Shown here: one piece after another, positions 54,277 to 63,936 of the stretch | Numbering within the stretch: the stretch's first letter is position 1 | How the letters are laid out: the number at the start of each line of letters is the position of its first letter | Assembly (NCBI GenBank): GCA_965116565.1 | Contig: OZ220699.1 | Coordinates: forward strand, 483,589 to 547,588 | DNA length: 64,000 bases | Direction of reading: 5' to 3' | Source of the DNA: Dehalococcoidia bacterium | GTDB taxonomy: Bacteria > Chloroflexota > Dehalococcoidia > Lucifugimonadales > UBA3495 | Position numbers and translations under genes: made by a program | Notes under the pieces: model-generated | The model's database searches: none | Told to the model about the DNA's origin: nothing | What the model saw: the letters and a program-made list of their open reading frames with translations, nothing else

Positions 54277-55848
54277 TCAAACGCCGGCTTTGATGAACTC
54301 GGCCACGCGCTCGCCGATCATTATCGTGGTGGCGTTGGTGTTGGCGCGGATGACGTCGGGCATCACCGAGGCGTCGGCGACCCGCAACCCCTGCACCCCG
54401 TGGACCTGGCCGTGCTGGTTGACCACGGCCATGGGGTCGCTGTCGGGACCCATCTTGCAGGTGCCGGCGATGTGGTGCTGGGTGTAGGCGTTGCGCAGGA
54501 TCCAGGCGTCCAGCGCGTCGTCGCTGACCAGGTCGGCGTCCACCGGGTTGAGCCGCTCGACGATGAACTCTTTGAATGGGGACTCCTGTGCAATCTCCAG
54601 GGCCTTGCGGATGGCCTGGCGCATGCGCTGGCGGTCGTAGGGGTCGCTGAATAGCTGGTAGTCCAGGTCGGGCTGCACGGCGGGGTCGGTGGACTGGAGC
54701 GAGAGTCGGCCGAAGCCCACGGCGTTCTGCAGGCCGACGCTGAGTCCGAAGTGGAAGCCCTCGCCGTCGTAGGACACGCTGGCCGGCCGGTGCTCGCTGG
54801 TCATCAGCGTGGGCGTGATCTGGAAGTCGGCTTTGGTCGGCGAATCGTCGGCGCTCCAGCGCAGGCCCACCTGGATGTTGGGCGCGAAGGTGTCGGGCTC
54901 CTCGCCCTCGCCGCGGAACAGGATATACGCGGCGGGATGGTCGCGGAAGTTCATGCCCACGCCGGGAAGCTCGTGGTTGACGGGGATTCCCATCTCGCGC
55001 AGGTGGTCGGCCGGCCCGATGCCCGACAGCAGCAGGATCTGGGCGGAGCCGATGGTGCCGCTGCACAGCACGATCTCGTTGCCCTCGACGGTGAAGATCT
55101 CGCCGCCGCTCTCGACCTCGACGCCTACCGCTCGTGGTGAGCCTGTCGAACCATCGCCATCGAGGATCACACGGCGGGCGTGGATGTTGCCGCGCACGGT
55201 GAGGTTCAGGCGATGGCGGGCGGTGTTGAGGAAGGTGAGCGAGGTGCTCATGCGCACGCCGTCGATGTTGTTCATGGGGCGCGGCGAGATGGCGGTTTCG
55301 CAGTCCGGCGCGTTCTGGTCGGGGTGCTCGGGGATGCCCAGGGCGATGCAGGCATCGTAGAAGGCGGTGTTGAAGGGCAGCCAGTCGTCGCGCCTGGGGC
55401 GGCGCACGGGCAGCGGCCCCTCGGAGCCGTGGAAGTCGTCGCCGCCGAAGTCCCAGTCGTTCTCCAGCTTGCGGAAGAAGGGCAGGCAGTCGGTGAACTT
55501 CCACTCGTCGTTGCCCCACTCGGCCCACAGGTCGTAGTCCTCGGGGATGCCGCGAAACACCACCTGGCCGTTGATGGACGACGAGCCGCCCATGGCCTTG
55601 CCGCGCGGGATGACCATGAGTTCGTCCTGCGACGGGTTGGCGCGGCCGCGCAGGTCCCAGCTGTGGGGGCCGTAGGCGGAGAGCCAGGTGTTGTTGCCCT
55701 GCTTGAGGTCCTGGGGCAGATGCTCAAAGTCGGGATAATCGGGCCCGGCCTCCAGCAGGATGACCGACTTGTCGGTCTGCTCGGACAGCCGCGTGGCCAT
55801 CACACAACCGGCGGAACCGCCGCCAACCACGATGTAGTCATACTTCAT
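54277..55848 (-). CDS. GMC oxidoreductase (choline dehydrogenase-like)
   Basis: VGGGSAG, PRGKAMGGSSSING, HIAGTCKMG, VADASVMP, ANTNATT. Confidence 0.95.
   Translation of the reverse strand: MKYDYIVVGGGSAGCVMATRLSEQTDKSVILLEAGPDYPDFEHLPQDLKQGNNTWLSAYGPHSWDLRGRANPSQDELMVIPRGKAMGGSSSINGQVVFRGIPEDYDLWAEWGNDEWKFTDCLPFFRKLENDWDFGGDDFHGSEGPLPVRRPRRDDWLPFNTAFYDACIALGIPEHPDQNAPDCETAISPRPMNNIDGVRMSTSLTFLNTARHRLNLTVRGNIHARRVILDGDGSTGSPRAVGVEVESGGEIFTVEGNEIVLCSGTIGSAQILLLSGIGPADHLREMGIPVNHELPGVGMNFRDHPAAYILFRGEGEEPDTFAPNIQVGLRWSADDSPTKADFQITPTLMTSEHRPASVSYDGEGFHFGLSVGLQNAVGFGRLSLQSTDPAVQPDLDYQLFSDPYDRQRMRQAIRKALEIAQESPFKEFIVERLNPVDADLVSDDALDAWILRNAYTQHHIAGTCKMGPDSDPMAVVNQHGQVHGVQGLRVADASVMPDVIRANTNATTIMIGERVAEFIKAGV
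55128..55155. repeat. REP copy embedded in frame in the GMC gene
   Basis: 26/28 identical to intergenic 21308-21335; encodes DGSTGSPRA. Confidence 0.85.
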
Positions 55849-56147
55849 AACGGGAGACGCTCCTGTGCGGGGATGGGTACGGCGGGGATTTTAGCATGGG
55901 GAATTGGGATGATTGATACACCAAGGATGTGGTTGATAAGACGTGCGGCCATCGCGACGCTTGCGGGTACGTCTTAACGCCAGTTGGCGGGATCAGCCTG
56001 AAGACAAAGTTACCCTCTCTCAATGTCAAGTAATCACACGCTCTTTGGGGAACGCAGTATAATCGCATCTTCGTCCACATCGTGCCAATTGAGGATTGGT
56101 GAACACTGGGGATATACGCTAGTAGCGCACAGAGGGTAAAGCGTCAG

Positions 56148-56939
56148 ATGATGCGGTTCCTAAGGCCCGGGGCATATCGGGCGACCAACGTGATCCTGGC
56201 CGGGTTTATTCTCATCTTGTCCACGGTGTCCTGCGTTGGCGAGAGCACCGCGGGTGTTGATCCAAATCTCAGCGAATCAGTTTCGCGTCATGTGCATTTA
56301 GAGGCACCAAAAAGCCGCTGGGACCTGGCGCGGGACGCAGCCATCGCCGGGCAGGCTATGGCAACGATCATCGCGATCGGTTTGGGCGGTGTATTTGCCT
56401 GGCGACGTGGTTATCTTTTTCGCACAGGGCAACCGTACATAACAATCGCACACGAGATTACGCATCGGCGCGTTAGTGACGGGTATGTCCAACTGGAATT
56501 GACGGCGACCGTTCACAACCCGTCGCGGGTCAAAGTTGAGCTCCGGGACGCTCTATTCATCGTCCAGCAATTGGCTCCTGCGAGCGACGACTATGTTACC
56601 GACCTGTACCGCCGGGCGTTCGGCGAGCACGAACCCAGGCAGTACCGACCCTTGGCATGGGAGTATCTGGATGAAATCCCCCGCGTCTGGAACAAAGATG
56701 AACTGCTCGTCGAGCCAGGGGCGTCAGTAGCCGTCGCTTTCGAGTATGTACTGTCCGTTGAGATTCACTCGGTATCTATAACCACTCATTTCTATAACAC
56801 GAAGGTAATGGGAAAAATACCCGCTGGTACAAATCCACGCGACGCGGAAAACAGGAAACATTTCGGGATGTGGGCGGCATCCGGAACCAAAGGCTGGAAT
56901 CGCACCACTACCTACGATATACTCAGAGAAGAACTTTAG
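56148..56939 (+). CDS. Hypothetical membrane/exported protein
   Basis: 263-aa ORF, signal-like N-terminus plus internal TM; lower GC. Confidence 0.7.
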   Translation: MMRFLRPGAYRATNVILAGFILILSTVSCVGESTAGVDPNLSESVSRHVHLEAPKSRWDLARDAAIAGQAMATIIAIGLGGVFAWRRGYLFRTGQPYITIAHEITHRRVSDGYVQLELTATVHNPSRVKVELRDALFIVQQLAPASDDYVTDLYRRAFGEHEPRQYRPLAWEYLDEIPRVWNKDELLVEPGASVAVAFEYVLSVEIHSVSITTHFYNTKVMGKIPAGTNPRDAENRKHFGMWAASGTKGWNRTTTYDILREEL

Positions 56940-56952
56940 ACGGTTAGTAGCG

Positions 56953-57135
56953 ATGTTCTTTTTCTTCTTTTTCGGTGCGAAAGGCACCAAAGAACTGCGC
57001 GGGGCACAGGAGCCGAAAGTCCCGCCCGCTGTAAGTGATTTCGGGGGCGGTCCACCGGGCTATAAACTGCTGACTAAGGACCTTCTCGACAAGCGCGATG
57101 CGCTGGAAGAAGCGGCCGGTCAATCGGAAAAATAG
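56953..57135 (+). CDS. Small hypothetical ORF starting MFFFFFF
   Basis: 13 bp after the previous stop; Phe run uses mixed TTC/TTT codons. Confidence 0.4.
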   Translation: MFFFFFFGAKGTKELRGAQEPKVPPAVSDFGGGPPGYKLLTKDLLDKRDALEEAAGQSEK

Positions 57136-57151
57136 CGGTTGGCACTCAGCT

Positions 57152-57856
57152 TCACCCTTCGCACGCCGCCCGCGCCCGCGCGAACACCGCGTCCAGCATA
57201 TCCAGCGTGAGCCGGCCGGTTTGGGTGTTCTGCTGGCTGGGGTGGTAGCTGGCGATGAGGATGGGGCCGCCGTCGGGTAGTTCGGTGGCGACGTTGTGGC
57301 CGAAGGGCGGTTTGCGCTCGGGCGGAGTGCGTCCGGCGGCGGCGTAGGCCCGCAGGAAGGCGTCGAAGGCGATGCGACCCAGGGCGACCACGGCGCGGAG
57401 GTCGGTGAGCAGTTGGATCTCCCGGGTGATGTAGGGACGGCAGGCGGTCAGCTCGTCGGGTCGCAGCTTGTTCTGCGGCGGCGCGCAGCGGGCGGCGGCG
57501 GTGATCAGCGCGCCCTTGAGTTCCAGGCCGTCGCCGGGCCGGATCGATTCGGGCTGGTTGGCGAACCCGGCCCGGTGCAGCGCGCCGAAGAGCCAGTCGC
57601 CGCTGCGGTCTCCCGTGAACATCCGCCCGGTGCGGTTGCCTCCGTGGGCCGCGGGCGCCAGTCCCACCACCAGCAGACGGGCGTCGGGGTCGCCGAACGC
57701 GGCCAGGGGACGGCCCCAGTAGTCCTCATCGCGGTACATCCGACGCTTGACGCGGGCGGTTTCCTCGCGCCACTCGACCAGGCGGGGACACTTGCGGCAG
57801 GCTACGACCTGCTGCTGTATCTCGTCGATGGAGGCGGTCGCAGATATATCAAGCAT
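57152..57856 (-). CDS. Uracil-DNA glycosylase family 5 (UdgB-like, 4Fe-4S)
   Basis: CRKCPRL, GLAPAAHGGNRTGRMFTGDRSG, RCAPP, SYHPSQQN. Confidence 0.93.
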   Translation of the reverse strand: MLDISATASIDEIQQQVVACRKCPRLVEWREETARVKRRMYRDEDYWGRPLAAFGDPDARLLVVGLAPAAHGGNRTGRMFTGDRSGDWLFGALHRAGFANQPESIRPGDGLELKGALITAAARCAPPQNKLRPDELTACRPYITREIQLLTDLRAVVALGRIAFDAFLRAYAAAGRTPPERKPPFGHNVATELPDGGPILIASYHPSQQNTQTGRLTLDMLDAVFARARAACEG

Positions 57857-57880
57857 GGCAAAGGCCAGCGGCCAGTTTTA

Positions 57881-57960
57881 CCGGGATAAACAGGATGAAC
57901 GGGATGGACAGGATATTTGACAGAGGAAAATGCGTAGGGGCGAACAATCATTCGCCCCTG
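57881..57960 (+). repeat. Four 9-bp tandem units (ACAGGATGA-like) plus RAYT-type REP GTAGGGGCGAACAATCATTCGCCCCT
   Basis: Units at 57881-57916; REP at 57934-57960 with GTAG foot. Confidence 0.8.
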
Positions 57961-57971
57961 CCGGGGCGCTT

Positions 57972-58847
57972 TTAGCGTTGGAGGAACTTGAGGATTTTCG
58001 GGTTGACCTTTTCCGGGCGCTCCTGGTGCATGAAGTGGCCGGTGCCGGGGATGATGACCTTTTCCAGCCCGCCCTTGAAGTATTCGTACATGCCCGAACT
58101 CAGGAAGGACTCCAGGCGGCGCGGCCGGTCGCGGGTGCCGTGGAGCGCAAGGGTCGGCACGGTGACGGGGCCGGCGCCGATGACGGCCTGGTCGGCGCGC
58201 ACCTGGTCGTCCACCTGCGACGTGTCGTAGCGGGCGCGGTAGTAGCCAAGGGCAGCCTGCACCACGCCGGGCTTGCGGAAGGTGGAGCGGATGCTCTCCA
58301 GCGCCTCGGCGGGTATGTCCCACTCGGGCGAGGCCCAGCGCCACCAACCCTCGACGAAAGCGTAGTCGTTGTGGGCGACGATCTCATCGGCTTCGGGCCG
58401 CTGGAAGAAGAACCCGTGCCAGGTGCCGCGCAGGTACTCGAACTCCATGCTCAGTTCGCGGTTCACGCGGCCGGAGGCGATGGTCACCAGCTTGATGACC
58501 TTTTCCGGCGCGAGGGCGGTGGCTCCGACGACGGCTCCGGCGCCCCAGTCGTTGCCGATGAGGTAGGCCCGCTCGGCTCCCAGCGCGCCGATGAGTTCCA
58601 CGGCGTCCCGGGCCATCAGCGCCGAGTGGTAGCGACCGTCGGCCGGCGCGGAGGTGGGCGCGTAGCCGCGCATGAACGGCGCGACGGCACGGAATCCGGC
58701 GGCGGCGAGGTCGGGCAGCAGGTGTCGGAAGGAGTAAGCGTGGTCGGGGAAACCGTGCAGGCAGATGGCCAGCGGGCCGTCGCCCATTTCCAGGTAGTGG
58801 AAATCGATGCCGTTGGCGTGCACGGAACCGGTGTTGAAATCAGTCAT
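57972..58847 (-). CDS. Alpha/beta hydrolase (epoxide hydrolase-like)
   Basis: LHGFP, MRGY, GNDWGA Asp nucleophile, GHFMHQE; start reassigned to ATG 58847. Confidence 0.9.
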   Translation of the reverse strand: MTDFNTGSVHANGIDFHYLEMGDGPLAICLHGFPDHAYSFRHLLPDLAAAGFRAVAPFMRGYAPTSAPADGRYHSALMARDAVELIGALGAERAYLIGNDWGAGAVVGATALAPEKVIKLVTIASGRVNRELSMEFEYLRGTWHGFFFQRPEADEIVAHNDYAFVEGWWRWASPEWDIPAEALESIRSTFRKPGVVQAALGYYRARYDTSQVDDQVRADQAVIGAGPVTVPTLALHGTRDRPRRLESFLSSGMYEYFKGGLEKVIIPGTGHFMHQERPEKVNPKILKFLQR

Positions 58848-58902
58848 GGGGCCTCGCGATAGATTTTTGTTTGGAGTGACGTCTATTTGCTTGGAGCGAC
58901 GT

Positions 58903-59898
58903 CTAATTGAGATCGTAGGACACCTGCAAGCCGACTGACACCTCCACCTCGGGTTCCGAATCGAAGGGCAGCAGAGCTGAGAAGCGATAGGAGGCGTCCC
59001 CGCCGCAACGGCTGGGGGCAGCGCCGAGCCAGCGGTAAGGGTCGTCCTGCAGCGGGTACTCCAGCGCGCCGTTGACTGCACCCCGCACGACTCCCAGGGC
59101 GTCGGCCAGATCGTCGGCGGCTTTCGCGGCGGCGGGCACCGCCTCCCGACGGGCCAGAGAAATCGCCCGGTTGCAGTTTTCGTCCGTCAGGCTGAACCGC
59201 ACGCCAAACGTCTCGGAGCGGCGTACGACTTCCTCCACCTGTTCGACAATGGAATCGGCCAAAGCGGCGTATTCGTTCACGTCCATCTCCACCGAAATCA
59301 CGGCGGGCTCGTACCTGCCCAGGTGTTCGAATTCCACGGCTTCCTCGGCCAGACCGATGGATACCAGATTGGCGCGTATCTCCTCGCGGTCCCGGTCGGA
59401 CAATTGCTCAGGACCGGAAGGGCCATAGTCCATCTCCGGAATCACGACCACATAGGCCTCGTCGGCGGCGACGGTAACGGTACCGATGGCGGAGACGGTC
59501 AGGCTGCCTGCGGTAGCGAAGGTCTGGGAAGCGGGCGACAGGTTGAACGCTCCGAAACTTCCCGGGCCCGATGGCGCTGCTACCGAACGGGAGCGCAACA
59601 GAACCAAAGACGCCCCGCCGCCGCTGGGTCGCCGGTCCGACGCGGCGGGCTGGGTGGGCGAGGGCGCGGCTGATGTGGGCATCCGGGTTGGTGCGACCGT
59701 CGGGTCCGCTGGGACGGTCATCGGCGCCGCTGCAACCGTTGGAGAAGCGGTGGCATCTGTTACTGGAGGCGTGGCAAGGTCAACAGGCAGAGCGGAAGGT
59801 GTCGGATCGACAGCTTCCTGACCGCAGGCCATTGCGATCACCATAACGACGAGCATAAGGAGGCCAGCCATTCTCTTACGGCTCGGCAGTCTTTTCAT
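58903..59898 (-). CDS. SIMPL (DUF541)-domain lipoprotein
   Basis: Lipobox AMAC, Pro/Thr linker, AIGTVTVAAD, AREAVPAAAKAADDLADALG. Confidence 0.75.
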   Translation of the reverse strand: MKRLPSRKRMAGLLMLVVMVIAMACGQEAVDPTPSALPVDLATPPVTDATASPTVAAAPMTVPADPTVAPTRMPTSAAPSPTQPAASDRRPSGGGASLVLLRSRSVAAPSGPGSFGAFNLSPASQTFATAGSLTVSAIGTVTVAADEAYVVVIPEMDYGPSGPEQLSDRDREEIRANLVSIGLAEEAVEFEHLGRYEPAVISVEMDVNEYAALADSIVEQVEEVVRRSETFGVRFSLTDENCNRAISLARREAVPAAAKAADDLADALGVVRGAVNGALEYPLQDDPYRWLGAAPSRCGGDASYRFSALLPFDSEPEVEVSVGLQVSYDLN

Positions 59899-59933
59899 AG
59901 CACCTCGTGTATCCCTGCGAATATGGTTCCCAA

Positions 59934-59967
59934 GAACCTGCGACCAACCCAGGTTCGTCGCAGGTTC
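59934..59967. promoter_or_regulatory. Inverted repeat upstream of the SIMPL gene (operator or leader hairpin)
   Basis: GAACCTGCGAC-N12-GTCGCAGGTTC; TATACT on the minus strand immediately upstream. Confidence 0.5.
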
Positions 59968-60029
59968 AGTATAGCAACCAGCAGATCGAGGAGCGTCTGT
60001 GGCGGCGGGCGCTCGGCAACGATGGCGGA

Positions 60030-61130
60030 TCAGAATTCGCGTATCTGCGGCAGGACTTCTTTCCCGAAGAGTTCGACCCCGGCCATGACGTCCCTGTGGT
60101 TCAGGCCGGGCTGCTGGAAGGCCAGATCGGCCACGCCGACGCCGCATTTGTCGTGGTATTCACGCAGTTGCTCCGCCACGGTGTCGGGGCTGCCGACGAA
60201 GTTGAGCATGCGGATGGTTCCGCCGGAGCGGGCTCGCGGGGGCGCAGGCGGCGACTGGGCATTGGCCTGGCCGGCGGCGCGGGCGGACTGCACCGCCTGG
60301 GACAGCGAGCGGCCGATGAATGTGCCGGTGCCTCCGCCGGCGGCTTCGACGCGGTCTCTGAGGGCGTGGGCCCTGGCGTCGGTTTCGGCGAGGCAGATGC
60401 CGCCCCGGTATACGATGTCGTCCGGCCCGGGCTGCCAGCCGGCTTCGTCGCACCACTCCCGGTATTGCCCGACGGTTGCGCTCATATCATCGGGATGATC
60501 GTAGGAAACGCCCAGGCCCAGGCGGTTGGCTGCGGCGTATTTGACGGTATCGGGGCTGCGGGTCGCCACGATGATGGGCGGCAGGGGACGCTGCACGGGC
60601 TGGGGCCAGACGCAAACGGTGCGGTACTGGTAGTGGCGCCCCACCCACGAGAAGGGTTGCGGCTCGGTGAGGGCCTTGAGCACCAGGTCCATGGCCTCTA
60701 CCAGTCGCTCCCTGCCCTCGGCGGGGTTGAGGTCGTAGACCTGGTCCTCGCCGGGAGTGCCGCGCATGAAGGCCGCGACGAGCCGGCCGCCGGTCAGGTT
60801 GTCGAGCATGCCGATTTCCTCGGCGGCGCGGATGGGGTTGTTGAGGGGCAGGAGTTGACCCAGCAGGGCGATGCGGGCAGTCTTGCAGCGTTCGGCGACG
60901 GCGGCGGCCATCACCGCCGGGTTGGGCGTGGTGCGGTTGCCGGAGTAGTGATGCTCGGACAGGCTGATCCAGTCGAACCCGAGGGCCTCGGCCAGTTCAC
61001 ACTCGACCATGCCCTCCCGGTACGAGCGCTGGGACACCTCGGGATCGTGGTAGGCAGGCGGCACCGGCCAGCCGGCAGGGAACGTGTCCCGGTCCGCGTA
61101 GCTCATGCAACCGAAATAGGACGCCTTCAT
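60030..61130 (-). CDS. LLM-class flavin-dependent oxidoreductase
   Basis: AEALGFDWISLSEHHY, MLDNLTGGRL, PQPVQRPLPP. Confidence 0.92.
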   Translation of the reverse strand: MKASYFGCMSYADRDTFPAGWPVPPAYHDPEVSQRSYREGMVECELAEALGFDWISLSEHHYSGNRTTPNPAVMAAAVAERCKTARIALLGQLLPLNNPIRAAEEIGMLDNLTGGRLVAAFMRGTPGEDQVYDLNPAEGRERLVEAMDLVLKALTEPQPFSWVGRHYQYRTVCVWPQPVQRPLPPIIVATRSPDTVKYAAANRLGLGVSYDHPDDMSATVGQYREWCDEAGWQPGPDDIVYRGGICLAETDARAHALRDRVEAAGGGTGTFIGRSLSQAVQSARAAGQANAQSPPAPPRARSGGTIRMLNFVGSPDTVAEQLREYHDKCGVGVADLAFQQPGLNHRDVMAGVELFGKEVLPQIREF

Positions 61131-61316
61131 GGACAAACCTGCCGCGTGGGTGAGTGAGGCCGATGGTAGGCACGGCGACGGGGGTTGTCAACGAAGGCAA
61201 TGACCGGCGACTGTTCCGAGTCGGTGGGCGCCCTCATTAAAACCCTGCCGTTCCCGGAAACACGGCAACCCGGACAGCCTGCGCACCGGCAAACGTGAGG
61301 ACAGCAAGGATTTCCC

Positions 61317-61341
61317 GGATACCGGCTTTCGCCGGTACGAC
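61317..61341 (-). repeat. GTCATTCC-family REP variant
   Basis: Minus strand GTCGTACCGGCGAAAGCCGGTATCC. Confidence 0.75.
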
Positions 61342-61495
61342 GGTCTCATTGCGGGACCGTCGTCTCAAATTTGTACCGCCACGGCCACGGTAGCAAATCC
61401 ATCCGTTACGGTAGCGGAGCCATCATGCAATCCACGAACCGGTTTTCATCTCGGGGCGTCAAGTTCCGAGATGCAACTATTTGAAAATCCAGGTA

Positions 61496-61604
61496 TGACA
61501 CCCGCCCGTTGCCCATGGTAGCGCCCACGTTCTAACCTACATACGTCAGGTTCCCCAACCGGTACTCGAGAACCGCGCGGGGTCGCCGCATCGCATGCAG
61601 CGGC
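61496..61604. repeat. ~110-bp dispersed repeat, copy 2
   Basis: See 31653-31760. Confidence 0.9.
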
Positions 61605-61837
61605 AGCCACCAACCAGACGACCCAGCCTTGCCAGCAGGCACCATCCTGGAGGCGGCAGCCTGAACAATATCAACGGGGATGACGCTTATCCCACCACGG
61701 ATACTTGACGGGACGTAACCGCCCTTGCTCCGGCCTTGACATCGATCCCGAAATCTGATTCCATTGGCAGCCACTCAGGTCAGTTACCGTCACACACGCC
61801 ATTTTTTGGACGTATACCGTTAGGAGGAGGCCCAAGG

Positions 61838-63724
61838 ATGTCGTATATCCATATGCGAACCCGGAATCTTAGGGCGTTGGCATTATCATCTCTGGCCGTG
61901 GTAGCCCTGTTGATTGCCGCTTGCGGCACTGCTGAGCAACCGGCCCAACAGGTGGAGCCGCAGGTCATCGAGAGGGAGGTCGTCAAAGAGGTAGAAGTCA
62001 CCAGGGAAGTCCAGGTGGAGGTCGAGAAGGAAAAAATAGTTGAGGTTGAGAAAGAAGTAGTAAAAGAGGTCCCGATAGAGAAGGTGGTGTTCGCCACCCC
62101 GGTGGCCGGCGTTCACCAGACGGATAGACCCGAATGGGTGAGCACTGGCGCCGACCATCACTACAATGGCGACTTCGTCTTTGTGCACCGGGCCAACCCT
62201 GGGTTCCTGGACGTGCACTATGGGGCCAGTTCCACCACTACCCTCTTGCCCTCCGGCCCTCGGTTCAACCAACTCCTGATGTACAACCCCAGGGAGCCGA
62301 AAGAGATTATCGGCGACCTGGCCCAGAGTTGGGAGATCAAGGATGGGGGCAAGAATTTCGTGTTTCGCCTGCACGATGCCAACTGGCACGACGGCACCCC
62401 GGTAACTGCCGAAGACATCGTTTGGAGCCTCAACCGAATGTCCCAGCCCGATGTTACGCGGGGCCGAGTCACAGCCATCCGTACCTTCTACGAGCACGGG
62501 AGCGCAGTGGCAGTGGACGACCAAACGGTGCTGATGCCCCTGAAGTTCCCCTCTTCGACGGCTCTGGGCTGGCTGGCTGTGGACTACTACAAGATTTATC
62601 CCAAGGCCCTGGAGAGCGTGTCCCAGGACGACTTCAACTGCTGTTTCAAGAACACCTTCGGATCCGGCCCCTGGAAGTTCAGGTCCTGGAAGAAAGGCGA
62701 CTCCTACGAGTTCGACCGCAACAACGACTACTTCAAGGATCCCATGCCCTATGCTGACGGCATGAAGGTGTTCATCATCACCGACTATGCCCGGCGTCTG
62801 GCCACCCTCAAAACCCAGCAGGTTATGGGACGGTACAACATGGGCGGCATCCTGCTGGCGGACGTTGAGCAGGTGCAGAAGGAGACCGGCGGCAAGATGC
62901 GGGTTCTGAAGGGCGGCGCCGCCGGCGTTTACGGTTTCTGGTTCCACTGGAACCGGCCGCCCCTGGATGACCCCAAGGTGCGTAAGGCGATTTACCTGGC
63001 GCTGGACCGCCACGAGATCGCTGAGATTTCCCAGGGTGGCGCAGCCCTGGTTGGCAACTTCTTCCCGCCTGGCTATGCCCTCAGTGAGGAAGAAGTCATG
63101 GAGTTGCCAGGCTTTCGCACCAACGCTGAAGGCTTGAAGCATCCCGACGACTTGGTCGAGGCCAAACGGCTGCTGGCCGAAGCGGGCTACCCCGATGGGT
63201 TCAAGCTGACCTACAACGTGGATCAGAGCAAGTTTTCACGGACCAACAGCGAGCTGATGGCGGACCAGTTGAGGCAGCATCTCAACATCGATGTGGAGCT
63301 TCAGGTCGCCGACCGGGCTACTTTCTACGCCCAGTTGCGGGATGGCACCCACGACTTCAGCCAGATCGGCACCGGCCTCTACTTCAAGGAGCCGGAAACG
63401 GTGCTGGCCCAATGGTACTTCCTGGACACTCTCCGCAACCCCCATAACTGGTCCCACCCCCGCGTTACCGAGTTGATGGACTTGCAGGGGAAGGAACTGG
63501 ACTCGGAGGTCCGGCGGGGATACTTCCAGGAGATGGCGGAAATCCTCAACGAGGGAGAGGGCCACTGGGTTCCCCTCTATTGGACCGCCAGCAGCGGCCT
63601 CATCGACTACCGTTTGCAGAATATGCGGCCGCCCTACCACCCGCATACCATCTGGACCTGGGAGCACGTTTGGTGGGACCCGGACGCAGAGTTGCTCGGC
63701 CCGGACGCTCCGCCCATCGAGTAA
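61838..63724 (+). CDS. Family-5 (peptide/nickel) ABC transporter substrate-binding lipoprotein
   Basis: Lipobox IAAC, GDLAQSW, WHDGTPVTAED, GSGPWKF, VRKAIYLALDR; AGGAGGAGG RBS. Confidence 0.95.
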   Translation: MSYIHMRTRNLRALALSSLAVVALLIAACGTAEQPAQQVEPQVIEREVVKEVEVTREVQVEVEKEKIVEVEKEVVKEVPIEKVVFATPVAGVHQTDRPEWVSTGADHHYNGDFVFVHRANPGFLDVHYGASSTTTLLPSGPRFNQLLMYNPREPKEIIGDLAQSWEIKDGGKNFVFRLHDANWHDGTPVTAEDIVWSLNRMSQPDVTRGRVTAIRTFYEHGSAVAVDDQTVLMPLKFPSSTALGWLAVDYYKIYPKALESVSQDDFNCCFKNTFGSGPWKFRSWKKGDSYEFDRNNDYFKDPMPYADGMKVFIITDYARRLATLKTQQVMGRYNMGGILLADVEQVQKETGGKMRVLKGGAAGVYGFWFHWNRPPLDDPKVRKAIYLALDRHEIAEISQGGAALVGNFFPPGYALSEEEVMELPGFRTNAEGLKHPDDLVEAKRLLAEAGYPDGFKLTYNVDQSKFSRTNSELMADQLRQHLNIDVELQVADRATFYAQLRDGTHDFSQIGTGLYFKEPETVLAQWYFLDTLRNPHNWSHPRVTELMDLQGKELDSEVRRGYFQEMAEILNEGEGHWVPLYWTASSGLIDYRLQNMRPPYHPHTIWTWEHVWWDPDAELLGPDAPPIE

Positions 63725-63936
63725 CGGGCTTTCCCTTGCGTCTGATTTAGACGCCGCACCCGGTTATCCTGGGGCACCGTGTCAGTGCCCCAGGACAGGG
63801 TGAATATTGTCCAACCCATACGAGTGAGAACTGCCAAGCATAGACAGTGACCTTTGACCGCCCAGTTCCAGGGACTTCCGGTTCCAGGGGCTCGCGGTTC
63901 CGGGATGGAGAGGTCACCGAGGCGTCGGGAGGAGTG

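Noticed and set aside
54277-55848. Calling the GMC enzyme betA or mftG
   Set aside because: No betaine or mycofactocin gene context; family-level call only
31839-59934. Exact 16-mer GAATATGGTTCCCAAG at 31839 and 59919 (reverse strand ends in ...GGGAACCA, like a tRNA 3' end or att site)
   Set aside because: One 16-bp match is near chance expectation in 64 kb; no matching tRNA or integrase in the window
61960-62090. VEKEVVKEV low-complexity repeats in the SBP
   Set aside because: Ordinary linker of these lipoproteins; not a separate element
63861-63904. Short GTTCC(A/G)GGG repeats between SBP and permease
   Set aside because: Three short degenerate units in GC-rich DNA; too weak to interpret
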